From: an uncultured Gemmatimonadaceae bacterium
Lineage (GTDB): Bacteria > Gemmatimonadota > Gemmatimonadetes > Gemmatimonadales > Gemmatimonadaceae
NCBI GenBank assembly: GCA_963716745.1
Contig: OY970320.1
Coordinates: 544,001-608,000, forward strand
Reading direction: 5' to 3'
Length of the DNA stretch: 64,000 bases
Of this stretch, positions 11,404 through 21,596 are shown piece by piece; positions within the stretch are counted from its first letter, which is position 1; every line of letters starts with the position of its first letter. A model generated the notes under the pieces. It was not told the origin of the DNA, made no database searches, and worked only from the letters and a program-made list of their open reading frames with translations. Position numbers and translations under genes: made by a program.

Positions 11404-11751
11404 CTATCCCGGCGGCCATGTCATGTCGCGGCCACCCATGAGATGCATGTGCAGATGAAAAACAGTCTGCCCCGCCCCCGCGTTCGTGTTCATGATCACG
11501 CGGTACCCCTGCTTCGCGATCCCTTCCTTGCGCGCTAGCTCGGCCGCGAACAGCGCCATGCGCCCGATCATCATCCCGTCGGTCGCTTCGTCCAGCGACG
11601 CCACATGTTCGCGCGGCACCACGAGGATGTGTACCGGCGCCTTCGGCGCGATGTCGCGGAACGCGACGCAGTGCGCGTCCTCGGCGACGATCGTCGCGGG
11701 GATCTCCTTGCGCACGATCCTGCAGAAGAGACAGTCGCTAGCCACGGGCAT
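11404..11751 (-). CDS. hinT: Histidine triad nucleotide-binding protein
   Basis: DCLFCRIV, FRDIAPKAPVHILVVP, GQTVFHLHMHLMGG. Confidence 0.92.
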   Translation of the reverse strand: MPVASDCLFCRIVRKEIPATIVAEDAHCVAFRDIAPKAPVHILVVPREHVASLDEATDGMMIGRMALFAAELARKEGIAKQGYRVIMNTNAGAGQTVFHLHMHLMGGRDMTWPPG

Positions 11752-12491
11752 GCACTCGCGCTGAAGTGAGCGCCGCGCGCGCGATCCCGAGCGCGGCGAT
11801 CGCCGCGGTCTCGAAGCGCAGCGTGAGCGGGCCGAGCGACACCGGCGTGAATCCCGCGGCAAGCATCGCCGCGCGCTCTGCCGGCTCGAGTCCGCCCTCC
11901 GGACCCAGCGCGATCGTGATGGGCGCTTTCACCGGTTGCGACGTTGCCGAATCCCCGCTCGCGTCCAACAGCCAGCGCGCGCCGGCGGGGCACGCGGTGA
12001 GCGCGCGGTCCACCGGCGCATCGGGATACAGCACCGGCAGCCACGCGCCGCCGCACTGCGTGAGCGCGCTCACCATGCGCGCGCGCACACGCGTCTGGAA
12101 GCCCACGCCTTCGCCACGCGGGCTCACGTTACGCGAACGACGCCACATCACCGGCCGCCAGCTGAACACGCCGAGTTCGGTCGCCTTCTCCGCCAGCCAG
12201 AGCATGCGGTCGCGATCCGCAATCGGGAGCATCGAGATGGATGACCGGCAGCGGATCCTCGCGGTCCACGTTCTCGACCTCCACCATCGTGCCGCCTTTC
12301 GCGACCTTCACGATCTGCCCGAGCCCCACTGCGCCCGCGCCATCGACGAGACGCACGCGATCGCCGAGCGCGATGCGCAGCACGCGCGCGTGATGCGCCT
12401 CGCTCTCGCCGAGCGTCGTGACGCGCCCAGGAGCCATCGGCTCGCCGGCGAAGAACGTCGCTACCGCGGGACGATCGCGCAGCTCCACCAC
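11738..12491 (-). CDS. rsmE: 16S rRNA m3U1498 methyltransferase (one frameshift near 12235)
   Basis: HHARVLRI, EKATELGV, GPEGGL, LGPLTLRFETAA. Confidence 0.9.
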
Positions 12492-13288
12492 TCTCCCTCC
12501 ACGAGTTCACGATGCATGGACCAGCCGCCCGCGGTGAGCGCGTCGACCATCATCGCGCGCTCGGTCGCGAGGATCCCGCTCAAGATGGCATGCCCGCCGG
12601 GCGCGAGCGCGCGCCGCATCGCCGGCGCGATCTCAAGCAGGACGCTCGAGATGATGTTCGCGAGGATCACCTGCACTGGCGCGACGAGCGGCAGCAGTAC
12701 CGCCGCGTCGCCGCGGATCAGCGTCACCTGCGCGTCCACGCCATTGCGGTGCACGTTCTCCTCCGCGTTGCCGAGCGCATCCGGATCCAGTTCGATCGCG
12801 ATCGCCTTGCGCGCGCCGAGGCGCACCGCCGCGATCGCCAGCACCGCGCTGCCCGCGCCGAGATCGGCCACCACGTCGCCGGGGCGCACGACGTCCTGCA
12901 TGAGCGTGATCACGCTCCGCGTGGTCTCGTGCTCGCCCGTTCCGAACGCCATCGCGGGCTCGATCACCACCGCGCATTCCGCATCCGCGATCTCGGCGGC
13001 CAGCCAAGGCGGCGCGACGGCCACGCGGCCGAGCCGCTGCACGCCCACTCGAGTCTTCCATGTCGCCGACCAATCGGCATCAGCGAGCAGCGTTCGGTCG
13101 ATCGCGCCGCCGCCCGCCGCATGCACCGCCTGCTCGAGCGCGTCGAAATCGGAGTCGCCGGTGAGATGCGTCACCAACTCGCCGTCGCCCTCCTGAATAG
13201 CGGATGCACCAGCCGCGACGAGCGCGCTCACGACATCCGCGCGCAGCCGCTCATCGGGGATCGTCACGCGCACCGCGAACCAACTCAC
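12461..13288 (-). CDS. prmA: Ribosomal protein L11 methyltransferase
   Basis: IEPAMAFGTGEHETT, DLGAGSAVLAI, ILANI, LSGIL. Confidence 0.93.
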   Translation of the reverse strand: MSWFAVRVTIPDERLRADVVSALVAAGASAIQEGDGELVTHLTGDSDFDALEQAVHAAGGGAIDRTLLADADWSATWKTRVGVQRLGRVAVAPPWLAAEIADAECAVVIEPAMAFGTGEHETTRSVITLMQDVVRPGDVVADLGAGSAVLAIAAVRLGARKAIAIELDPDALGNAEENVHRNGVDAQVTLIRGDAAVLLPLVAPVQVILANIISSVLLEIAPAMRRALAPGGHAILSGILATERAMMVDALTAGGWSMHRELVEGEWWSCAIVPR

Positions 13289-13300
13289 GACGCTAGTCCC

Positions 13301-14425
13301 TCACGCACCCAGTGCCTCCTTCAGCCAGCCCCACAGATCCTTGGGTCTCCGCTCCGGCGGCGCCGACTCCACCGCGCGCAATTGCTCCAGCGCCTTCTTC
13401 TGCTCGGCGTTCACCGAGCTGGGCGTCCAGAGTTGCACGCGCACGTGCAGGTCGCCGTTCCCCTTCTCGTTCACGCGCGGCAGTCCGCGCCCGCGGATCG
13501 TGAACACGTGCCCGCTCGGCGTGCCGGCCGGCAGTCGCAGCGAGAGCACACCACCGACGCCCGGCACCCCGATATCCGCGCCGAGCACGAGCTGCGGATA
13601 CGTCACCAGCACTTCGGTGAACAGCTCGGCGCCGTCACGCTCGAAGCGCGGATCGTCCTGCACCTCGAACACCACCGCGATGTCGCCGCGCGGTCCGCCG
13701 CGCGGACCCGCGTTGCCCACGCCGCGCATCACCATGTACTGGCCGCTCGACACGCCAGCGGGCACCTGCACCTTGAGCGCATGCTCGCCGCGCACGCGGC
13801 CGTCGCCTTTGCACTTCTTGCAGGGTGTCTCGATGATCTGGCCGGCGCCGGAGCAGGTCGGACAGGGCGCGACGCTCACGAACTGCCCGAAGAACGAACG
13901 CTGCGCGCGCTGTACCTCGCCGCGACCCGCGCACGTGGGGCAGCGCTTCGCGGAAGTGCCCGGCTCGGCGCCACTCCCGGAACATTTCTCGCACCCGTCG
14001 AGCAGCTTTACGTTCACGCTGCGCTCGGTGCCCGCAGCCGCCTCGGAGAAATTCAGCGTCACGTTCACACGCACATCGGCGCCCGTCGTCGCGCCGCCGC
14101 GGCCGCCCCCGCCGAACAGGTCCTCGATGCCGCCCATGCCGAAGTTCTGCATGAAGACGCTGAGCGCTTCGCTCAGGTCCACGTGATGCACGGAGCCCGC
14201 GCCGCGGCGGAGCCCCGCCTCGCCGTACCGGTCGTAGAGCGCGCGCTTCTGTTCATCGCCGAGCACTTCGTACGCCTCGGTGATCTCCTTGAAGCGCTCC
14301 TCCGATTCCTTCGAACCGTCGTTGCGGTCGGGATGGTACTGCATCGCGAGCTTCCGGTAGGCCTTCTTCAGGTCCTCCGGTGAGGCGTCGCGCGTAAGTC
14401 CGAGCAGTGCGTAGTAGTCGGCCAT
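13301..14425 (-). CDS. dnaJ: Molecular chaperone DnaJ
   Basis: J-domain HPD and four CxxCxGxG repeats. Confidence 0.97.
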   Translation of the reverse strand: MADYYALLGLTRDASPEDLKKAYRKLAMQYHPDRNDGSKESEERFKEITEAYEVLGDEQKRALYDRYGEAGLRRGAGSVHHVDLSEALSVFMQNFGMGGIEDLFGGGGRGGATTGADVRVNVTLNFSEAAAGTERSVNVKLLDGCEKCSGSGAEPGTSAKRCPTCAGRGEVQRAQRSFFGQFVSVAPCPTCSGAGQIIETPCKKCKGDGRVRGEHALKVQVPAGVSSGQYMVMRGVGNAGPRGGPRGDIAVVFEVQDDPRFERDGAELFTEVLVTYPQLVLGADIGVPGVGGVLSLRLPAGTPSGHVFTIRGRGLPRVNEKGNGDLHVRVQLWTPSSVNAEQKKALEQLRAVESAPPERRPKDLWGWLKEALGA

Positions 14426-15480
14426 CAGTCGATAAGCTCGGCGATCAGTCGAGAGGTATGAGTCACGAGCGAAATGACCTTCTCGTACGGCATGCGCGTG
14501 GGACCGATCACGCCGATCACACCGGCGAGGCCGCCCACGTGGAACTCGGCGGTCACGAGCGTGAACTCGGCGAGCGCGGGATCGGTGTGCTCCTGCCCGA
14601 TCGTGATCGAGAGTCCCGCCTGCGCGTGCCGCGCGCGCATAAGTCCGCCCAAAGCGCCAGGACGATCGGTAAGCGCGAGCAGACGGCGCAGGCTGGCGCC
14701 GCTCGCGAATTCCGGCTGCTCCACCAGCACCAATGTCTGCCCGAGCAGGACCGGCGATTCGTCGAGCGGCTTGGTCATGTCGAAGAGCTGCTCGCCTTCC
14801 TGCACGAAGATGTTCAGCAATTCCTTCGCATCGCGCGGGGCCGCCGTGTCGCGCAGCCGGTCCGCGAGCGACGCGCGGATCTCGCGCAGCGTGAGTCCCG
14901 CGAGACGTTCATTGAGGATGCGCGCCACCTCGGCCATCGCGGCTTCGGCCACCTCGCCGGGCACTTCCACGAAAATGCTCTGCGCCGCGCCGCCGGTGAG
15001 GCGGAGCACCATGAGCAAGCGTTCGCTCGAGAGCCGCACCAGTTCCAGCCGCTCCAATCGCGCGAGCGCCAGCTGTGGACCGAGTGCAACGCCCAGTTCC
15101 TGCGTGAGCACGCCGAGCACCTGCGCCGCACGCCTCAGGATGGCTTCGATCGCCGTGCCGCCCGCCGACATCTCGCCGATGAGCCGCTCACGCGACCCCT
15201 TATCGAGCGCCGCCGGCGCGTGCATGAGCGAATCTACGTACACGCGATACGCCATGTCGGTCGGCACCCGCCCGGCCGACGTATGCGGGTGGAAGAGGAA
15301 GCCCTTCTCCTCCAGATCGCTCATCGTGTTGCGGATCGTCGCGGGCGACACGCCAATGCCGAAGCGGCGCGAGATGGTACGCGAGCCCGCGGGCTCGGCC
15401 GTCTCCACGTAGCTCTGGATGACCGCCTCGAGCACCCGGCGCTCGCGATCGGTAAGTGACTGCGGCGGCATGATGTGCAA
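14425..15480 (-). CDS. hrcA: Heat-inducible transcription repressor (start may be 15471)
   Basis: [34 protein letters not shown]. Confidence 0.96.
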   Translation of the reverse strand: MHIMPPQSLTDRERRVLEAVIQSYVETAEPAGSRTISRRFGIGVSPATIRNTMSDLEEKGFLFHPHTSAGRVPTDMAYRVYVDSLMHAPAALDKGSRERLIGEMSAGGTAIEAILRRAAQVLGVLTQELGVALGPQLALARLERLELVRLSSERLLMVLRLTGGAAQSIFVEVPGEVAEAAMAEVARILNERLAGLTLREIRASLADRLRDTAAPRDAKELLNIFVQEGEQLFDMTKPLDESPVLLGQTLVLVEQPEFASGASLRRLLALTDRPGALGGLMRARHAQAGLSITIGQEHTDPALAEFTLVTAEFHVGGLAGVIGVIGPTRMPYEKVISLVTHTSRLIAELID

Positions 15481-15481
15481 G

Positions 15482-16594
15482 CTAGGAACGACTCGCGATG
15501 CCGGTCAAGTGAGTCGCGAGCGTATCGAGACGCAGCCAGCCCGTCGCGGTGAGGCGGAGGCGGTCGCCGGTCACCGTCGCCCAGCCGGCGTCGATCCACG
15601 GCGCGGCGGTTTCGAGGAGCGACGGCGTGGTCGCGAGACCATCCACGGTGCGGAGGCCGAGGTACACGCGCTCGGCGTCCTCGTTGGCGGCGGAGAGCAC
15701 TTCGGAGTCTTCGACCACGTCGCCGCCACCCAGCGCCGCGCGCGACCACTCGGCGTACGGCGCGATGTTCCACCACCGCCGCTCGCCATCGAACGAATGC
15801 GCCGACGGACCGAGTCCGAGGTACGGAACGCGGCGCCAGTAACTCCCGTTGTGGCGGGCGCGCGCACCAGGGCGCGCGTAATTGCTCACTTCGTAGTGCT
15901 CGAAGCCGGCGGCGGAGAGACGATCGTGCGCCGCGAGGAATTCGCGCTCATACTTCTCCTCCGGCGCCTCGGTGACATCGCCACGCGCCTGCCAGCGGCC
16001 GAGCGGGGTGCCGGGTTCAACGGTGAGGCCGTAGAGGGAGAGATGATCCGGCGACAGCGAGAGCGCGTGCGACAGATCGCGCTCCCAGTCGCGGCGCAGG
16101 GCGGAGGGCAGCGCGAAGATGAGATCGAGCGAGAGGTCGCTGATGCCGCCGGCACGCGCGTGGTCCACGGCGCGCGCCGTTTGATCGGGCGTGTGCGTGC
16201 GGTGCATCCACTCGAGTACCTTGGCATCGAAACTCTGCGCGCCGATGGAGAGGCGGTTCATCCCGGCCGCGCGCCAGCTTTTCACGGCCTCGAGCGTGAC
16301 GTCGTCCGGGTTGGCCTCGAGGGTGACTTCGGCGTCGGGCGCGAAGGTGAATCGGGTGCGCAGCACGTCGAACAACCGCGCGATCCCGTCCGCGCCAAGC
16401 AGCGAGGGAGTGCCGCCACCGAAGTAGACGGTGCGGAGAGAATCGGCTTGGCGATCAGCCTGACGCAGCTTGAGTTCTGCGTCAACTGAGCGTACGAAGT
16501 CATTGGCAGGTATGACTTTCCGGACCGCGATGGAGAAATCGCAGTAACTGCATTTCCGGCGGCAGAAGGGGACGTGAACGTAGAGGTGTTTCAT
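15482..16594 (-). CDS. hemW: Radical SAM heme chaperone HemW
   Basis: MKHLYVHVPFCRRKCSYCDF, YFGGGTPS, EANP, YEVSNYA, YLGLGPSAHS; adjacent to hrcA. Confidence 0.92.
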   Translation of the reverse strand: MKHLYVHVPFCRRKCSYCDFSIAVRKVIPANDFVRSVDAELKLRQADRQADSLRTVYFGGGTPSLLGADGIARLFDVLRTRFTFAPDAEVTLEANPDDVTLEAVKSWRAAGMNRLSIGAQSFDAKVLEWMHRTHTPDQTARAVDHARAGGISDLSLDLIFALPSALRRDWERDLSHALSLSPDHLSLYGLTVEPGTPLGRWQARGDVTEAPEEKYEREFLAAHDRLSAAGFEHYEVSNYARPGARARHNGSYWRRVPYLGLGPSAHSFDGERRWWNIAPYAEWSRAALGGGDVVEDSEVLSAANEDAERVYLGLRTVDGLATTPSLLETAAPWIDAGWATVTGDRLRLTATGWLRLDTLATHLTGIASRS

Positions 16595-16621
16595 CTCACT
16601 AAAGATAGAACGGCGGCGGTG

Positions 16622-16762
16622 GTACCGCTGACGGCGGGGGTGGTACCGCAAATGGCGTTTGTGGCGCTTGGCGTTGGGACTGCTCGCTCCGAGGAGCCCG
16701 CGGTCACCAACGCCAAGCGCCACACGCGCCATTCGCGGTACCACCCCCGCCGTTCGCGGTAC
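16622..16762. repeat. Intergenic inverted repeat (~55-bp arms) starting at the dprA stop codon
   Basis: acggcgggggtggtaccgc..tggcg..tgtggcgcttggcgttgg pairs with ccaacgccaagcgccaca..cgcca..gcggtaccacccccgccgt. Confidence 0.85.
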
Positions 16763-17754
16763 TAGACCCGCCGTCGTATTTCTCCCGTGAGCAGACATTC
16801 GATCGCGCCAGTCACCTCGAGCGCGCTCACCGCCACCACGCACTCCCGCGCCGGCAATCCAGCGCGGGCGCTGAGATCATCGATGTACGCCTCCCCGTCG
16901 GCCAACGCGGTCCACACCGCCAACTCGGCGCCCGTCTTGAACTCCGGGTTCCGCGGCCGCTTGGGTCCGGTCTTCTCGAAGAGCATCAGCGCATCCGCGA
17001 CTTCGGCGATCATGATCGCTCCATCGCGCAGAAGCAGGTTCGAGCCAGCACTCTGCGGCGAATCGATGTCGCCGGGCACCGTCGCCACCGTGCGGCCGAG
17101 TTCGAGCGCATGATTTGCGGTAATGAGCGCCCCACTATCCCGCGGCGCTTCGATGACGATCGTCACCTGCGCCAGCGCCGCGATGATCCGGTTGCGTTTG
17201 GGAAATGAACCCGCGCTCGCGCGATCGCCCGGCAGCTCCTCGCTCAAAAGCAGGCCACGCGCGCCGATCTGCTTGTGGAGCGGCCCGTGGTCGCTTGGAT
17301 ACGCGATGTCCACGCCAGTGCCGAGCACCGCCGCGGTGCGGCCGTTGGCGCCGAGCGCGGCGCGATGGGCGGCGGCATCGATCCCGCGTGCCATGCCACT
17401 GATCACGGAAACCCCCGCACGCGTGAGGGACGTGGCGATGGCGTGCGTCATGCGCTCGCCGTAATGCGTGGCTCGGCGGGTGCCGACGATCGCCACGACG
17501 GGCGGCTCGATCGCGGCAAGATCGCCGATAGCGAACAGCACGGGCGGCGGGTCGCGGAGGTCCTTGAGCGCGGCGGGGTATTCTGCGTCCAGCGACGAGA
17601 TCACCCGTGCCCCGCAGTCACCTGCACGCGCGAGCACCCCGTCAGCCTGCTCGAACGCACGCTCGCACGCCTCTGCAGTGCTCCCGGCGCCATCGATCGC
17701 CTGCGTGACGGACCCAAATTCCGCCAAGAGTTCCGCGAATCGAACCGCTCCCAC
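16762..17754 (-). CDS. dprA: DNA-processing protein DprA (true N-terminus probably extends ~20 codons upstream)
   Basis: VAIVGTR, ISGMARGIDAAAH, FPKRNRIIAAL, SGALITA. Confidence 0.93.
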   Translation of the reverse strand: MGAVRFAELLAEFGSVTQAIDGAGSTAEACERAFEQADGVLARAGDCGARVISSLDAEYPAALKDLRDPPPVLFAIGDLAAIEPPVVAIVGTRRATHYGERMTHAIATSLTRAGVSVISGMARGIDAAAHRAALGANGRTAAVLGTGVDIAYPSDHGPLHKQIGARGLLLSEELPGDRASAGSFPKRNRIIAALAQVTIVIEAPRDSGALITANHALELGRTVATVPGDIDSPQSAGSNLLLRDGAIMIAEVADALMLFEKTGPKRPRNPEFKTGAELAVWTALADGEAYIDDLSARAGLPARECVVAVSALEVTGAIECLLTGEIRRRV

Positions 17755-17800
17755 ACCGGGAAGGAGCGAGAGCGCGAGCGCATCGCGCCGCGCTTCGGCC

Positions 17801-18829
17801 TCAGGGTCGCGCGGCGTCCTCCGCCTTCGCGGCCATGGTGGCCGCCTTTCGCATGGAGAGCAGCGTGGTCCACCAGGCGTCGAGCAGGGTATCGAGCCCC
17901 TGCCGGGCCGCGCTGCTGATCGCGTAGATCCCGATCGCCTCAGGCGCGTCGATGGGCGGCGGATCCAGCTCGCCCATCAGATCCATCTTCGTGAACACCA
18001 CGCAATGCGGCTTCGCCGCGAGATCGGCCGAGTAACTCGCGATCTCTTTGCGCAGTGCGTCGTACTCCACCTGCCAGTCCAGCGCGTCCACCGGGATCAA
18101 GAACGCGAGGATGCGCGTGCGCTCGATGTGCCGCAGGAACTGCAGGCCGAGTCCCTTCCCTTCGTGCGCGCCTTCGATGATGCCGGGAATGTCGGCCACC
18201 ACGAACGTGCGATGATCGCTGAGCGGCACCACGCCCAGATTCGGCGACAGCGTGGTGAACGGATAATCCGCGATCTTGGGGTGCGCGGCGGAGATCACCG
18301 AGAGCAGCGTGGACTTCCCCGCGTTCGGCGAACCCACGAGGCCCACGTCGGCGATGAGCTTGAGTTCGAACTCGAGGTCTCTGATCTGCCCTTCTTCGCC
18401 CGGCTGCCATTCGCGCGGCGACTGATGCGTCGCGGTGGCGAAGAAGGTGTTCCCCTTCCCGCCGCGCCCGCCCTTGGCGACGACGAACGTGTCGCCGTCG
18501 CCGAGGATCTCGCCGAGCAACTCGTTCGTCTTGGCGTCGCGGATGACTGTGCCGGGCGGCATCGGCAGCACGACGTCGGCGCCCGACGCGCCCGTCTTGT
18601 TGTTCCCGCTGCCATGCTCGCCACGCTCTGCCACCCACCGGTCGCGATACGTGTAGTCGAGCAGCGTACTGAGATTGCTGTCGCCGCGTACGATCACGTC
18701 GCCGCCGCGACCGCCGTCGCCGCCATCGGGGCCGCCCATGGGCACGCGATGCTCACGCCGGAAGCTCGAGCATCCGGAGCCGCCGGTGCCGGCTTCGACG
18801 TGCACGCGTGCGCGGTCGATGAAGGCCAT
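17801..18829 (-). CDS. obgE: GTPase ObgE
   Basis: FIDRARV..GGPDGGDGGRGG, GLVGSPNAGKSTLL, ADYPFTT, DIPG, TKMD. Confidence 0.97.
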   Translation of the reverse strand: MAFIDRARVHVEAGTGGSGCSSFRREHRVPMGGPDGGDGGRGGDVIVRGDSNLSTLLDYTYRDRWVAERGEHGSGNNKTGASGADVVLPMPPGTVIRDAKTNELLGEILGDGDTFVVAKGGRGGKGNTFFATATHQSPREWQPGEEGQIRDLEFELKLIADVGLVGSPNAGKSTLLSVISAAHPKIADYPFTTLSPNLGVVPLSDHRTFVVADIPGIIEGAHEGKGLGLQFLRHIERTRILAFLIPVDALDWQVEYDALRKEIASYSADLAAKPHCVVFTKMDLMGELDPPPIDAPEAIGIYAISSAARQGLDTLLDAWWTTLLSMRKAATMAAKAEDAARP

Positions 18830-19479
18830 TAACTCACCGCCTGCACGCGCGACCAGAGATGCGCGATGCGCGCGTTGCTGTCCGCGCCCAATCCCGCGCC
18901 CGCCACCGCGAGCGCACCATCGATCTCGCCCGCCGTCGCGCCCGCGTGCAGCGCGCCATGCAAGTGCGAATGCAGTTGACGGTCCTGCTCCGTAGCCGCG
19001 CACACCGCCGCCACGCAGAGTTCCCGCCGTTTGAGGTCGAGCCCAGGCCGCCCCAGCACCCGGCCGTAGCCGGTCTCGATCATCCAGTCGTCGAGCGCCG
19101 GATGCAGCCCGCGGATATTCACGCGCAGCCGCTCGTACAGCGGCCCGTACACGGTGACGCACGTGCTCTCGCCGCGCGCGAGCCAGTCGGCGGCGCCGCG
19201 CACCTGCTCGTCGGGGTCCACCGATGGCGCAGCGCGGAGCGACGCTTTGCGCCAGGCGCGCATCGCGTTCAGCGTACGCGGGAATCCGACGAACAAGAAT
19301 GACTGCAGGATGACTTCCTCGATCCACTCAGGGTTCACGCCGCTGCGCGCCGCGCGCGCTGCGCCGTCGCGCAGCGCTGTTTCATCGCCCACGGCGATCA
19401 CGACCGCGAGCGCCACCAGGGCGCGCGTCGCGTCGTCCAGGCCGTGCACGCTAGCATGTGCGGCAGAGGTCTGCGTCAT
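18829..19479 (-). CDS. Carboxymuconolactone decarboxylase / AhpD-family protein
   Basis: EEVILQSFLFVGFP, GYGRVLGRPGLDLKRREL, QLHSHLHGAL. Confidence 0.8.
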   Translation of the reverse strand: MTQTSAAHASVHGLDDATRALVALAVVIAVGDETALRDGAARAARSGVNPEWIEEVILQSFLFVGFPRTLNAMRAWRKASLRAAPSVDPDEQVRGAADWLARGESTCVTVYGPLYERLRVNIRGLHPALDDWMIETGYGRVLGRPGLDLKRRELCVAAVCAATEQDRQLHSHLHGALHAGATAGEIDGALAVAGAGLGADSNARIAHLWSRVQAVS

Positions 19480-19509
19480 CGAATCGCGGCGCGAAGGATC
19501 ACCGTCGCG

Positions 19510-20497
19510 CTAGGCAACGGGCCGGATCTCCCCCACCGTCGCGCCGCGCGTGTTCACGATGGGCGTGCGCAGGAAAGCGGCGAGCCGCGGCGGCAGCTCG
19601 GCGGGCAGCACGTCGAGGTACTGCAGCAGGCGGATCACCGCGGGGTGCTGCGCGCGGAAAGCGCCGTCGCCCACCTTCACCACCGCCGCGAGACCGCGCT
19701 CGGGCATCGCCACCGCGTGTACGCCTTCGGCGCCGATCTTCGCGATCACTCGGCCCTGCGTCTCCTCCATGAGCACCGTGTCGAAGCGGTCCGTACCGCC
19801 CACGAGGAACGGATGCGCGCGCATCGCGCCGAAGATGCGCGCGGGCGCGCCCATCGCCGGCGTGCGCGGCGGCGGCGAAGCGCGCGAGTCCGGCCGCGAA
19901 CGTCTGCATCGGCAATCCGAACGCGGCCACGCCGCAGCCGTCGGTCATCATCTTCACGCTCGATGGTTCGATCTCGCACCACTTCGCGAGCGCCTGCACC
20001 GCATGCTGCTGCACGGGGTGTACGCACTGCTCGTAGCCGCGCGTGGGCCACTTCTGCACCTGCGCGAAGGCGAGCATCGCCGCGTGCTTGCCCGAGCAGT
20101 TGTTGTGCAGGCGCGTCGGACTCTCGCCCGCTTCCTTGAGCGCCTTCTGCCCGCGCCGCGTGAGCGGCTCGTGCGCGCCGCACGCGAGATCGCCCTCCTC
20201 CAGGCGGAGCGTGCCGAGCATGCGGCTCACGATCTCGATGTGCTCGGGCTCGCCGCCGTGGCTCGCGCAGGCCATCGCGAGCATCTCGTCGGTCCACGCG
20301 AGTTCGTCGTACGCGCCGCTGTCGACGAACGGGAACGCTTGGAAGGGCTTCGCGCAACTGCGCATGACGGTCGACATCGCGGGATCGCCGGCGGATGCGC
20401 GCAGCGCGCCCGTGTGGTCGGCAACGGCCGCGTGTACGCGGTGCCGCGATTCGATCATGTCGCCGCGCGTCGCGACGATGTCCAGCTCAAGCCGCAT
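19510..20497 (-). CDS. L-asparaginase, Rhizobium AnsA type (Asparaginase_II); frameshift near 19850
   Basis: RSCAKPFQA, ACASHGGE, HNNCSGKHA, DGCG, AKIGAEGV. Confidence 0.85.
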
Positions 20498-21404
20498 CGG
20501 TCACCACCGGTGGCGCATGCGCGACGCCAGGCGTGCGCATGAGCGTGATCAATATTCCCATCAGAAGCACCGCGCCGCCCGCGAGCGTGAGCGGCGGCGG
20601 GATCTCGCGAATCCCGGGGAGCAGCGCCGCGATGATCGTCGCGCCGATCGGCTCGCCCAGGACGGTGAGGTTCACCACGTACGCCGGAAGATAACGCAAT
20701 GCCCAGTTCATCCCGGTATGGCCGAGCATCATGGGCCCGAGCGCGAGCGCCGTGAAGATCGCGAATTCGCGCGGCGGCTGCGGCAGGAGCGGCGTGCTGG
20801 CGACGAGCGCGAACAGGAGCAGCGTGACGAGGCACGCGCCGTAGACCAGCGCCACATAGGGCCAGAGGTCGAGCGTGCGGCGCAGGCGCCGGCCGACGAG
20901 ATAGTACAGCGCGCCGGTGATGGCGCCGGAGAACGCGAGCAGATCGCCGGCCACGGCGTGCGGCGGAGCGCCGGCGCTCGTGGAACCCGCGTCGGCGAGC
21001 CCCACGATCATCGCCCCGACGACCGCGATGAGGATCCCGATCCACTGCCCTCGGCTCGGCGATTCCTTGAGCCACATCGCGCTCGCGCCGGCCACGATCA
21101 CCGGCTGCATGTCCACGAGCAGCGTGCTGGCGCTGATCGTGGTCATGCGCAGTGACGCGTTCCACGCCCAGAAGTGCAGTGCCAGCATCGCGCCCGCGCC
21201 GAGCGCGATCGCGAGGTCGAATCGGGAGAGTCGGCGCCACTGGCGCCAGCTGCCCATCGCGGCGACGATCGCGCCGATGAGGAGCATGGAGATCGCGAGC
21301 CGCCAGACCGCGACCGCCAGCGGGTCGGCATGCGAGATCCGGATGAGCGGGCCGGCGAAGCTGATGCCGAGGACTGATAAGGCGAGAACGACGAGGGGCG
21401 GCAC
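20487..21404 (-). CDS. DMT/EamA family transporter (start uncertain)
   Basis: About ten hydrophobic segments; LALHFWAWNASL, GHTGMNWALRYL, GEPIGA. Confidence 0.85.
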   Translation of the reverse strand: MPPLVVLALSVLGISFAGPLIRISHADPLAVAVWRLAISMLLIGAIVAAMGSWRQWRRLSRFDLAIALGAGAMLALHFWAWNASLRMTTISASTLLVDMQPVIVAGASAMWLKESPSRGQWIGILIAVVGAMIVGLADAGSTSAGAPPHAVAGDLLAFSGAITGALYYLVGRRLRRTLDLWPYVALVYGACLVTLLLFALVASTPLLPQPPREFAIFTALALGPMMLGHTGMNWALRYLPAYVVNLTVLGEPIGATIIAALLPGIREIPPPLTLAGGAVLLMGILITLMRTPGVAHAPPVVTDAA

Positions 21405-21469
21405 TGCGGTCCGGGTTGGGTTGCGAGTGAAAGCTAGTCGAGGCTGGGTGGGTACGGGACTCCTACCGA

Positions 21470-21572
21470 CGCGGGAAGCGGGAAGCGGGAAGCGCCGCGG
21501 GAAGCGCGAACGGCGCGTTGACCCCTCGCGCCGTTGACGCATCCCGCGGCGCTTCCCGCTTCCCGCTTCCCG
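21470..21572. repeat. 'Empty' (GCGGGAA)n terminal-inverted-repeat element
   Basis: 21470-21506 is identical over 37 nt to 24183-24219; reverse-complement arm 21538-21572 matches 24692-24728. Confidence 0.9.
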
Positions 21573-21596
21573 TCAGTGGCAGTATGCTTACGTCCG

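Noticed and set aside
16594..16762. CIRCE operator upstream of hemW-hrcA-dnaJ
   Set aside because: No TTAGCACTC-N9-GAGTGCTAA match seen; the inverted repeat there is unrelated.
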